64,000 nucleotides of DNA from NCBI GenBank assembly GCA_008632985.1, contig QPGO01000003.1, forward strand, positions 372,001-436,000, in the 5' to 3' direction. Under the pieces are notes generated by a model that saw nothing but the letters and a program-made list of their open reading frames with translations, ran no database searches and had not been told where the DNA came from. This document shows, one piece after another, positions 21,830 through 32,713 of the stretch; position 1 is the first letter of the stretch; each line of letters opens with the position of its first letter. The DNA comes from Psammoneis japonica. Its lineage: Eukaryota. Made by a program: the position numbers and the translations under genes.

Positions 21830-24800
21830 CTTCATTGCTCACGGAAAATTGCATGCCCACTGCTGGCTGACACTGCCGTTAAGATGCAACCGCACGCCAA
21901 GCCAAAACTCCATCACTTTTGACCGCCGGCTCCACCTCATTTCATCCATTTCCTCTCTAGACCTGACTGGATGCGGAAAGTTCCAGGATCTAATTTTCCC
22001 ACATCAACAAAGAACATCAAAAGACTCAAGTCATGGAGAGCATTGGCATGGAAAGGCAGCTGCAAGCCCTCGCAGTCAAAGACATCTGTGCTGAAAGAAT
22101 GACAGGCAAAATGAAAATGTGAATGAAATCACACACACAACAACAATCTACTGAGGCCACATGTCACAGTGTGCTCACTGTGACAGCTTCCAGAGGTGGC
22201 TCTGAGACACCCTGCCTGGTTTTAAGACCCCAAGTGCTGCCAGAGTGGTTCGTGGCATCCGAGCATCCAAGAGGAGGCGAGGAGCCCATCAGGGCAGGCC
22301 TCCACTTCTCCATTTTACCTGGTGCATGGCCTGGGCTTGTTGGTGCACTGCCAAAATCTCCCTGCATGATGTGGACAATGTTGTGTCTTGGACAATGAAG
22401 AGAATCGATTGCAGAGCAGGAAGAAAGGCTCGTCACAGACCAGACACCTGCGCGCATGAACGAGAAGAAAAAAAAGGCTCGTGAGGTGTGCGTCTTTCAT
22501 CAAAACAACTCTAAAACCCAATCAATTACAATGCACTCACATGATTGTCTTCTTTGGAGTGTTTGAAGTCTGTCTGACAAATGCCACCATCATGGGTGTC
22601 CCCGAGGCTCCATCGCATTGTTTTGTTTCCATGGCATGTGCTTTTGACACTCCCAAAAAATGACACGCCATTGTCACACACCTGCCAAGACCCCAAGAAG
22701 GACATCAAGAGCATCACAAGTCTGTCTTAACATGCAAAATGGGTGAGCCAAAGGATGCTGAGTGGGGTGAAGCATGAAGCTCCCAAATGGATGCGCTCTG
22801 GCGGTGCCAATGACTTGAAAAACATGCCAAAAAACCAGACACCACAATCGACCGCAGGAGACGATCCATCCACTTTTCAAGCTGCAACAAAATGCAACAA
22901 TGATCTTCAGTGACTGGGAAAATCACATGAAATGAGAAAACACAGAAAGAACTTGCCTCGGCAACGTTTTCGACCATTCAGATGTCACCCGCACAGTGCA
23001 GCAATCAAGGCACGAGTCGATGCACGCAACCGTTTGAACCGTGTGTCAAAACCAAAGCCCCCTGGAAGCCAAACCAGTGTGTCAACCTCTTCACAACAGC
23101 AATGGAAAGAGATCACACATGAAAAATGTGTCTGTCCCACCATGTTTGCCATGACGAGATGCATCAAAGTGCAGTGTGCATGGCTGTTTCTCAGTCTGTG
23201 GTGCGGCATGCCAAATCGAGAGCATTTGAGCAGAATGAAGGAAATGAAGAGGATTTGCTCTTTTGTGTCATCACACAACTTGCACCAGATTGGACCGTTC
23301 ATTTCTGCTTGTCGCCACAGAAATGGAGCTGTGTCGTCACAGGATTCTGCACAAGTTCCAGTGCATTTCCTGCACAGTTTATGAAGAGCTGCCTCCGCAG
23401 CTGGACGATTGCCTCTCTGCTGGTGGCAGAGGTCACGGCCTTGCGGCTTCAACAAAGTGCTCACAACCACTGAGATGGTTTGTGTGGCCTGCACACAAAC
23501 CCATGAGATCATTTTTTGCCTCCCCATTCTCCTCTGGCTCTCAGATTGCCATCATCTGGCAAAAAACCCATTCTTGCAGAAAGAGTTGCTGAGACAAAAG
23601 ACGCTTCCCCCACCACATCTTGTTCCCCCAACTTTTGTTTGTCAATGCTGTCCAATGACATTGAAGTTTGATGGCGTTGACACATCGCTGGAGTTTGAAC
23701 TAGTTTTTTAAGCCTTGTTGTTGCATGATTGAATTTGAAGCCTTTTCCGTTGAACCTCCAGGCATCTTTCCTTTTGCTGTTTGCTGTGTGACCATCATGC
23801 CAGCACCAGAATGACCGATGGTCTCTCAAAACACAAACAAGCCACAGCTTGCTTGCTCTGATGAGCATGACAGTCATTGCACACTTGAGTGCTCTTCTCA
23901 AAGCAAGATGCTTTTGGACCATGTCTCGTGCCCCAAACAAAAGCACTCAAAACCCACAAGATTTCAATTTTTGCCTCCCCCTCTCAACCTTGGCAGATTG
24001 CCACACCTGCCCAAAAACCCACTCCTGCAGAAAGAGCACAGAGATGAGAAATGAGAAACAGGATTTTTCCAGCACCGCCTCTTTGCACAGGATGCAAGAT
24101 GATGCAGTGACTGTGTGTGAGGTGGCACCTGGCCTCCTGTTCAAGCTCTGGGTGATGCGCACAGGCTTGATTCCCATCACTGACCCATTTTTGCATTTGG
24201 CACAATGAACTCATCCTTTAAAGTCAGTTTTTTCCCCACAAATCAAAGGGCAAGTGTGCACAAAACTCATGTTTTTTGTGTGCACTCATCTTTCAATTTT
24301 TAAAAATGATCAAATTTGAAAGAGTTTGATGTGCCAAACTGCACACACAAAATTGCCCTCTCATGTGACAGATTGCTCATCACCTGGGGCTAGAACAGGC
24401 ACCACCTGGTCAGCTTGTGCACTGTGCAAAGCAGGTTTTTGCTTGCCTGGCTGGCAGCAGCATTGCAAAAAAAATGTTGTCCAGAGCACATGTGCAAGAG
24501 TGGGAATGGTGAAAGCGTGGCACATGCATTGGGCAGCATTTTCAAGCTGATGGCAATGATGCTCGGAGTTTTGGAGCAAGGAAACACAGTTTTGGGTGTT
24601 GCAGGAGGAGGTGCAGCCATGGCCAATGGGCATCACTTTGCCTTCTGCATGCTGGCGGGCAACCTGGAAAGGAAGCGGAGGCGTGATGTGGCTGGGCAAT
24701 GGGCCATCCTTTCAGCAGGTGCTGCACAAGAACGTGTGAGCCGTGGGCCCTCCAAGGTTTTAGAGTTCCTTTGTGACAAGAAGGATTTTGGTGTGCCGCC

Positions 24801-26450
24801 AATGTGCAGAGCCAAAGTTGGGTTGTGGCTGCAGCTGAGAGGCACATCTGTGATGGGGCCAAGACTCAGAGCAGTGCTTGGGATTTTGTCTTTGACACCA
24901 ATGCAGAGAGGATTTTCAGTGCCCATGCCAACAGAAATGGGAGCCAGCAGCATTTTGCCAATGCATGGACTCACTCCCTGGTGGCCGCAGCTTGGCAGGA
25001 TTTTGCCATTGCAAAGTGGAGATCAATGCAGAGGTGACAGTGTGGGGGGGGCAAATGCCGTTTGTGGATCAAGGTGAGAGAGAGCAGCATGAGCAAGCTG
25101 CAGAGCTGAGCTGTTGAGAGTGTGTGTCAACTGGCAGGTTGGCTGGTCCAGGGGTGCAGCGCAGATGGGAAACATGGCCAAAGGCAGTGCCATTGTTGGT
25201 GCTGGAGGCTTTCTGTTCACAGGACATCTGAGGTGCATCCTTTTTGGTGTCAACAGAGCTTTTGTTGCCTTGTAAAGCAGCCAGCATGTTGCTGTGTCAT
25301 GTGTGGACCATCTTTGCCCTGCACAAATCAGTTGCCAGCCAAGCAGCAGAGCTGGAGTTGGGTGCAATGGCATCTTGGATGTCAGCCAGTGGGGGGCAGT
25401 TGACAAGCCATGGGGGGGACCTGGAAGCAGATTGCCTCAAAATCAGTCAGCAGCTGGAAAGAGCTCAGCTGACTAACTTGGTCCAGCAGCAGTGTTGAGT
25501 GTGAGGGAGTGCAAATCCTGGAGTTTCCAGCAAGTGTGCCAGCTGAACTTGGTTTGAAAGTCCATTGAGAGCTGAGGGCAACAGTGAGTGCTTCAACAGC
25601 ACTGACTTTCAGAGAACTGTCAGCAAGCCATGGAGGAGTCACTGAGGATGGAGAGCAGTCTCTCTTGTGGCTGGTGCTGGCCAAAGAGTCTGGGAACCCC
25701 CAAAGTGGCATTGATGGCGGCCCTGGGCCACACTGCATCTCTCTCAAACAGCCAACTTTTTGAGACAGACAGTCTTTCACTGGCACTGGCTCTCATCAAA
25801 TTCTGTGCCAGGGCAGAATGTTTGATCTCGGATGTGAAGCAGTCAACAACACAGACAGCTGAGATGTGCCTTGCTGCCTTGTGCTGCTCCCACACCTTGT
25901 TGTCCACACACACACTTTGAAGTGTTGGATGGCTGGGATGAGGACCCCAGCGGCACCATCTCTGTGGCACGTTGAGGAGCATGGATTTGGAAGAAGGTTG
26001 TTCCAGCTGCTGCTTTGTCTTGAGTTTACATTTTGGTGACAGGACATTGACATTTGCAGGGCCTGAGTTGATGACACATGAGTTGGAGGGGATTGCTCCA
26101 GGGGGTGCACTGGTGGATCCCACACTGCAGCTGAGCAGGTGTTGGCCAGATCAACTGATGTCTCAGCTCCCCCTGTGCAAAAAAAAGCTCTCAATCCAAC
26201 CCATGGCTGGTGTCAGTGGCAGATCCATCAGCAGTGGCTCTTCCCCTGGCTCGATGGGGGATGTTGCTCTGAGCTTGGGCATGGCTTCTGGGTGCAAGTC
26301 AACCCTGTGCTAAAACCCGTCCAAAAGGTCCAGCTTTCTCATCATGCAGATGCCACATCCAAAAGCTGGGTCACCCGAAGTGTGTCACAGAGCACTTGTG
26401 TGGCCTCTGGAGGAGCCAGCTTGTGCATCTCGTCGCATTGAGCCCATTAG
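21830..26450. other. TpA-depleted degenerate repeat block 2 (element family not recognised)
   Basis: Same composition as the other blocks. Contains repeat copy B (23635-23830) and an internal repeat pair near 23510-23585 and 23967-24035. Confidence 0.75.
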
Positions 26451-26724
26451 CTGCAGTTAACAATGGATCTGACAGAGGCGCCATTGGTGGCCAACAAAAC
26501 ATGTGGGTCCAGCACGTGTTGAAAATTGAAACGTCAAAGATCATTGCAGCCCTGCAGGAGATACGCATCGAAATAGCAGCGTCACAGGCGTCGTCATCCC
26601 CGCGTCTAAGAAACAGTGCTATTCTAGCCTCGCGATGACAAAGTCTATTTGATGTCACCAACACCAACTGCAATGGCTCACAACAGTCAAGCCCTTGCAA
26701 GATCGCATTTCGTTTTTTACAAAC

Positions 26725-27699
26725 TCATTTACTTTTTTTTAGGGCTGTCTTTAGAGCCTTTCGATTCGACTCACCTCCCCAAAGACTCAAGAATACGTCT
26801 TGTTCTGTTCTGCGACAGTCGTCATTCTCGGCGTGTGCCACTACCCTTTTGATTCCTTGCAACACATGAGGGTCTGCATGCGTGAAACGTTCCAGAAATT
26901 CAATTGTCGTGGTCTCGGGTGTGGGAGTTACTTTATCAACCAACTTCATCTCCAAGCATTCTTGGGCATTGCAAGCCTTTGAAGCTCCCAGCAATTCCAA
27001 AGCTCTCGCTCTGCCCACCACATCTCGTGCTAGACGTGTTCCTCCACCCCATCCGGGCGACAGACCCATTTTCGCGTGCACAAATTGAATTGTAGACCGG
27101 TCATGCATGATTCTATAATCCATGGCGGTGCATAGTTCTGCTCCACCCCCAACAGCCATTCCTTCAATCAAGGCGACCGAAACCAATGGCAGCTTTTGAA
27201 AACGTGAAAGGCTGTCCATCATGGTGGAACTCATTTTGAATCCACCATCTTTAGTAATTAAGTGCTCCTTTGCTACACCCAAATCTGCACCGGCACAAAA
27301 GAATTTATTCTGACCCCGCACAACGATCGACCTTAGAGAGCCGTGATTAGATTCAAGCTCGTCCACAATGTCGGCGAGTTCAGCCATCATTTTACCGGTA
27401 AAGGCGTTGCGGGAGGATGGATTGGATACTGTAATTACGGCGGTGGAGTCTCCCAGTTTTGACCACGCCGAGTACTTCTTTTTAGACATTTCGGATGCGA
27501 GTTCACAGGAAACTGTATCATCGGTGGAACCATATTGACGAAGGCTTTCGCGAATCTCCAAAAGCTCTTCGCGGGATAAAGAAGACAAAGGCCTTCTTGA
27601 ATTTCTTTGCTGTTGTTGAATGAGCGTCGATCGACTACTATTTGCACTTTTCACTCCACGACGACCCCTGAAGTGAGTCAATATGCATGACCTCACCAT
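26725..27699 (-). CDS. ECHDC1: Enoyl-CoA hydratase/crotonase family, ethylmalonyl-CoA decarboxylase-like
   Basis: NPSSRNAFTGKMMAEL, FCAGADL, EGMAVGGGAELCTAMDYR, MGLSPGWGGGTRL and FLSLWGGESN. Basic N-terminal presequence from MVRSC. Confidence 0.82.
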   Translation of the reverse strand: MVRSCILTHFRGRRGVKSANSSRSTLIQQQQRNSRRPLSSLSREELLEIRESLRQYGSTDDTVSCELASEMSKKKYSAWSKLGDSTAVITVSNPSSRNAFTGKMMAELADIVDELESNHGSLRSIVVRGQNKFFCAGADLGVAKEHLITKDGGFKMSSTMMDSLSRFQKLPLVSVALIEGMAVGGGAELCTAMDYRIMHDRSTIQFVHAKMGLSPGWGGGTRLARDVVGRARALELLGASKACNAQECLEMKLVDKVTPTPETTTIEFLERFTHADPHVLQGIKRVVAHAENDDCRRTEQDVFLSLWGGESNRKALKTALKKSK

Positions 27700-28449
27700 G
27701 ATATGATGCGTCAAGCGAAATGATTGAGTAAAACGGCAGTGAACTTTCAATCTGAATCTGATTTCTGATTTATCACAGCGACGTAACCTTGGACGCTCGC
27801 TCCACAATCCACAATCGATCCAAATAAATCCAGGCGACACGCGAGATCGTCGGATCTTCCGCCAATCACCTAAACAATAAGTCGTGTTTCAGTCGTGCAA
27901 CCGTCGAGCGACCGCGCACGCAGACAGGGAAGGAACGCTCGTGATGATGTTGACGTTCGATTGCATACATAGAGGTCTTTGAAGGATATCCTGCAAAGAT
28001 TTTCGAAGCAACAGGGACGCTTATTTCTTACTGATCATTGCTGATAAAGTGGTGATCATATAGGCCATTTCATTTTATTCCACATTCAGCATATGACCAA
28101 CATGCTCATACGGCGATTTTTAACGATTGCCGTTACCGATTTATGTTGGCGAAAATAAACCGTGATCGCACGTTTTCCGCAGTCCCACCAACAGCGAAGT
28201 GCTAAACGATGCGATGTCAAATGGTTCAGTTTCCCAGTACGCATCCACACTGGACGTGCACCACAATCTTTCTCACAATTCGTACAAAGCGTTTTCTGTG
28301 AACGAAATCGCAACGGCAAAGTGGTAAGAGCCATGTCGTCCTTTGATTCCTCTCTGTCTCGCTCAACGTTGCTGCGTCAAGCTTGTGATATCCATCCGCA
28401 ACTAACGTAGGCGTTTGCATCTTTCTTTTTCACTCCAGTCGCTGAAACA

Positions 28450-30525
28450 ATGAAACTCTCGTTAGCTGGCGCTCTCTTTCTCATTTCCTCGAACGGATTT
28501 GCGTGGACGCATAACAACAACGACAAAGACCCTGACCGCATCCTTCGCCTTCGAGATATCGAAGATGCCGCAGATGGCAAAAGCAACGGAGCCTACTCGC
28601 AGTCTTGGCCTACTATTAGCCCCATCGCAGCTGCGTCAGGGAAGAAGGGATCTTCGTCGCCGTTTAGTCCCTCGCCCGTGTTGTCGGGCAAGAAAGGAAA
28701 GGGAGGAACTGGGTTTCCAACGGTCTTTCCTGTGACTGCGCCTACGGGAAAGGGAAAAGGAGGGACGAGTCCTACGCAGTTGCCTTCGGGAAAGAAGGGA
28801 AAGGGATCTCCGTCTCCGACGACGATTCCCGTGATTTGCACCACGGCGGCCGGAAAGAAGGGTGGAAAAGGAAAAGGAACGGCAAAGTCACCATCGCCAA
28901 CTGCTGTACCAGTGCCGTGTCCTGTTGAAAAGAAAGGAAAGGGCGCCTCGCGGTCACCAAGTGTACTTCCTACGTCTCACCCTTCAGCCGAACCATCTGT
29001 AGCTCCGCGCTTCAAAGAAAATGGAGCTCCCAGTGCAGCTCCTTCAGAGCGGCCTTCCGTACGTCCATCTGTGGTGCTTACCGATACTCCCAGCGAATCT
29101 CCGTCTTTGGTACCGAGTGAAGAGCCTACGGAGGAGCCGAGTGAGAGTCCCTCGCAAGTCGCGTCCGTCGCCCCAAGTGAAACACCGTCCACTGCGCCCA
29201 CTGGAAACCCTACGGAGGCCCCGTCTTTGGTTCAAGAACCATCTGGAACTCCTTCTGCGGCACTCAGCAATTTCCCGAGCGAGTCCCCGTCCCTATCGCC
29301 TACTTTGGCTTCGAGCGACGAGCCCACTGGATTGCCTACGGAGGAGCCGAGTGAAAGTCCCTCGCAAATCGTGTCCGTCGTGCCAAGTGAAACGCCGTCT
29401 ACTGTACCCACCGGAAATCCTACGGAGGCTCCGTCTTTGGTTCAAGAACCATCTGGAACTCCTGCGGCACCCAGCAATGTCCCGAGTGAGTCCCCGTCCT
29501 TATCGCCTACTTTGGCGCCGAGCGCCGAGCCCACTGGGTTGCCGAGCGAGAGTCCAACTTTTCAGTTCCCGTCCGGCATTCCAAGTGACGCTCCTTCCAT
29601 CGGTCAAAATCCTTCTGCGAGTCCATCTTTGCTGTTTAGCAATGCTCCAAGCAAGTCGCAGTCGTTGAAACCGTCAATGGCTCCGAGTGTCAAGCCTACA
29701 TACATGCCAAGCGATAGTCCAACCCATCATTTGCCATCTAGCAACCCAAGTGACGCTCCTTCCATGGATTACAAGCCTTCTGCTCGTCCTTCTCTGCCAA
29801 TGTACAGCGATACTCCAAGTGAGTCGCCGTCCCGGGAACCAAGTGAAGAGCCTACAGAGGTGCCTAGTCAGCCTCCAACGAATTCTTTGCCATCTAGCAC
29901 TCCGAGCGACTATCCTTCCATCATTGAAGAGCCTTCTGCAAGGCCATCGGTAGTGTTTCGCGATACTCCAAGTGAGTCTCCGTCCTTGACGCCGAGTGAT
30001 AAGCATACCGAGTTACCGAGTCAGCTGCCATCTAGCAACCCGAGCGACTCTCCTTCAACGGAGGTCGAGGTGCCGTCGCCATCCCCATCTAACTCTCCAT
30101 CCCTGTCGCCATCATTTGACCCAAGCAACATGCCTGCCAAAGTGCCGAGTGCGAGTCCGTCGCTCGTCCCGTCCATGAGGCCGAGTGAGATGCCATCGGC
30201 TAATCTTACTCGCGAACCGACCGTTTCACCAAGTGATGAGCCTAGCGACTTGCCATCCATGATTCCAACCATGGCTCCAAACATCAAGGGTCCATATCAA
30301 GCCCCTAGCCAGGCTCCTTCGGTCACGCCGACGGTAGATGACTTTGCCGACCTGATCAATGTCAATGTCGAGAATCACACCAACAGTGACAATCAGGACC
30401 AGCCAAATAATGCAGTCCCAATCACTAATCTTGGTGACAGAGACACGAGTAGTGCCGTAGCCAAGAATGGATTGGAGATGCTCATGGTTGGCATTGTAGG
30501 GGGCTTGTATCTGGTCTTCTTCTAA
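28450..30525 (+). CDS. Secreted, probably GPI-anchored Ser/Pro-rich cell-surface protein with GKKGKG motifs (691 aa)
   Basis: Signal peptide; RIL/RLR; repeated SGKKGKG; PSESPS repeats (about 210-bp unit near 29124/29334); C-terminal SSA plus hydrophobic tail LMVGIVGGLYLVFF. Confidence 0.85.
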   Translation: MKLSLAGALFLISSNGFAWTHNNNDKDPDRILRLRDIEDAADGKSNGAYSQSWPTISPIAAASGKKGSSSPFSPSPVLSGKKGKGGTGFPTVFPVTAPTGKGKGGTSPTQLPSGKKGKGSPSPTTIPVICTTAAGKKGGKGKGTAKSPSPTAVPVPCPVEKKGKGASRSPSVLPTSHPSAEPSVAPRFKENGAPSAAPSERPSVRPSVVLTDTPSESPSLVPSEEPTEEPSESPSQVASVAPSETPSTAPTGNPTEAPSLVQEPSGTPSAALSNFPSESPSLSPTLASSDEPTGLPTEEPSESPSQIVSVVPSETPSTVPTGNPTEAPSLVQEPSGTPAAPSNVPSESPSLSPTLAPSAEPTGLPSESPTFQFPSGIPSDAPSIGQNPSASPSLLFSNAPSKSQSLKPSMAPSVKPTYMPSDSPTHHLPSSNPSDAPSMDYKPSARPSLPMYSDTPSESPSREPSEEPTEVPSQPPTNSLPSSTPSDYPSIIEEPSARPSVVFRDTPSESPSLTPSDKHTELPSQLPSSNPSDSPSTEVEVPSPSPSNSPSLSPSFDPSNMPAKVPSASPSLVPSMRPSEMPSANLTREPTVSPSDEPSDLPSMIPTMAPNIKGPYQAPSQAPSVTPTVDDFADLINVNVENHTNSDNQDQPNNAVPITNLGDRDTSSAVAKNGLEMLMVGIVGGLYLVFF

Positions 30526-30691
30526 GCTGGGCTTTGGAATGTTGTTTCGTCGCGCGTAATTGATTTAGTGAAAAGTAGTATTTGTTGAAATCAAATGTTG
30601 AAGCACAAGTCCACAACTTTTTTGCACTTACATTCATTCCCCCATCCATAAAATGCCTTGTAACTTTACCAATGGCTGTTCTTTGCTGCTC

Positions 30692-31792
30692 TTAGAGTTC
30701 TGGCACGTCTTGGTTGAGAGCTGCATTCAATGATTTGGCAAGGTGAATACCCTTGGTTCCCTCTTCATCAATGGTCCAAAACATGGCACCACGAAATCCA
30801 ACACCATGCTTTTCCATCAAGGCAGACTGAGCTGCAGCAAGGTCCTTGGGGTCCACAGACACAAACTTGTCTCCGTCGGTCCATCCATTACCAATACCAA
30901 ACACGAGCTTGTCCAGGGGAATCTGAATTTCCGTTGTATCGCCTTGAGGCATGTTTTTCACGACGAGACCGCTCTTGTACGCGTTTGCTCGTTGCAACAA
31001 GGCGTCTCTTGGCAATACCCCTGACTTTGCAGTTTCGTAAAGGTACCTTGAATAGGCTTCGTAGAGCTGAATCGATACCCAATCAAACGCGTCCATACCG
31101 GCCTTGTGCAACACGTAGGCATAGCATTGTCGTCCTGCATGACGAAAGCCCGCCTTTTCCAGAACATCTCGATCTGCTTGATTGGCACTCCAAGCCAAGG
31201 GTGGCAAGTTGAGTTGCAAGCTTAAATCAAGACCAGATTGCGCATCGAGATAGGACTCGGCGGGTGCCATGGAGACCGTCATGTTGTACAGGTGCTTGGC
31301 GTGGGAGGAAAAGTCAGCCATAATGTTCAATACGTCCAGAGAAAAGGCCGACGTGGGTGCCGACAAGTCGTCATGGCCCTCTAAATCCCAATCAATGCCA
31401 TCAAAGACAAAGTTATTTTCTTGATTGAACCTTACAAACTCGTCACACCATTCTTTTCCTGATTTTTTAAAACCTGATGGATGAGGCCCATTCCACCCAC
31501 CAATGGCTGCAAGAAAAACAACGTCAGGAAATTGTTGTCGGATCTCATGTATGCTTTGCAGATTTAAATTCGCGGAGATTTTCCCATTCATGTCAACAAA
31601 GCTCCAACAAACAACATCGACCCCGTTTTTGATTGCCGACACAACTTTTTCGTCCGCCCCATGTGCGTATCCGATCACCAGCGGACCTGTTGGTATTTGT
31701 CTTGGTTTCCACCCATCAAAGGACTCCACCATTATGAAGACTATGCTTACAAAGAATTGAAGTAGTACAAGATGGCGTCGTTGTTGCATCAT
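30692..31792 (-). CDS. Glycoside hydrolase family 18 (chitinase-like), secreted
   Basis: Signal peptide; AAIGGWNG; intact catalytic FDGIDWDLE (DxxDxDxE); VSIQLYE; GAMFWTI. Confidence 0.88.
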   Translation of the reverse strand: MMQQRRHLVLLQFFVSIVFIMVESFDGWKPRQIPTGPLVIGYAHGADEKVVSAIKNGVDVVCWSFVDMNGKISANLNLQSIHEIRQQFPDVVFLAAIGGWNGPHPSGFKKSGKEWCDEFVRFNQENNFVFDGIDWDLEGHDDLSAPTSAFSLDVLNIMADFSSHAKHLYNMTVSMAPAESYLDAQSGLDLSLQLNLPPLAWSANQADRDVLEKAGFRHAGRQCYAYVLHKAGMDAFDWVSIQLYEAYSRYLYETAKSGVLPRDALLQRANAYKSGLVVKNMPQGDTTEIQIPLDKLVFGIGNGWTDGDKFVSVDPKDLAAAQSALMEKHGVGFRGAMFWTIDEEGTKGIHLAKSLNAALNQDVPEL

Positions 31793-31916
31793 ATGTGTTC
31801 AAGCGAGTTTACCGGTATCTTCAATCTGGTAGCCCCCCACATTTTCATTTCAACATGAAGGACAACGTGTGTGTGTGGGGGGGGGCTTTTTTCCAAAGAC
31901 CGATCCGAACTCAGTA

Positions 31917-32414
31917 TGGGGCTACGACTAGCATAAAATGCAATATGATATAATCATTGACAGATAAAAAACATTAGTATAATTTATTAATGACGGACAT
32001 AAAACAATGTTGAATGACTGCATATGACTTTTTGTGTAAGATTTGTACTGTTCTACGCACTTAACGAACAAAATGCTGAGGCAATATATAGAATGACTCT
32101 TTTTAAGTACGAATTCAAATGAAGGTCATGCCCACGCCCGCCACGCCATGTAATCAAACATTCGAACATAAATGAAGTAGTATTCAAAGACGGAGTTGAC
32201 AAAAGGAGTATCGACGGTTGAATGTGTAACATCTACAAAATCATCTAAATAGTTGAAAAGTATGGACTTTTGTGAGCCATTTGTATATGTAACACATGTA
32301 AAAACTGCTATTTGTTTTTGCAGCAACCGTTATCGTTAAATAAAGGGGTACATAAAATCTAATACAAAATGTCTGACCGGTATAACAGGTACGTTTATGC
32401 TAGTCGTAGCCTCA
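31917..32414. mobile_element. MITE with 21-bp TIRs and TA target-site duplication (Tc1/mariner-like)
   Basis: Left tggggctacgactagcataaa (31917-31937) and right tttatgctagtcgtagcctca (32394-32414), 1 mismatch. TA at 31915-16 and 32415-16. AT-rich non-coding interior. Confidence 0.8.
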
Positions 32415-32484
32415 TACAGTAGGCCTGCGAAATCAGCATTTGCGCTTTGAGGGGAGCACGTACGGGGGGGTCCAAAGTTTGAGC

Positions 32485-32690
32485 CGTACTCTCTCTCTCT
32501 CTCTCTATTCTACTTGTACTCGAGTAGCTAGTAGCCCTACCGGTATACTCTCTCTAATAGAGAGTAGTAGAGAGAGTAGCTACTCTATTACTACTCTAGA
32601 GAGAGCTCCACTCTACTAGTAGTAGACCTACAGTAGCTAAGACTACTCCTATTAGAAGTGCTCTCTCTAGACTAGCTATTAGAGCGGAGC
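32485..32690. repeat. Low-complexity (CT)n/TAG/CTA island just 3' of the S8 protease gene
   Basis: ctctctctct...gagtagctagtagccctaccggtatactctctctaatagagagtagtagagagagtagctac...ctactagtagtagacctac. Confidence 0.85.
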
Positions 32691-32713
32691 AAACTGTAAG
32701 TTGTTTCTCAATT

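Noticed and set aside
24300..26400. Possible tyrosine recombinase or transposase remnant in block 2
   Set aside because: I could not find catalytic motifs in any frame.
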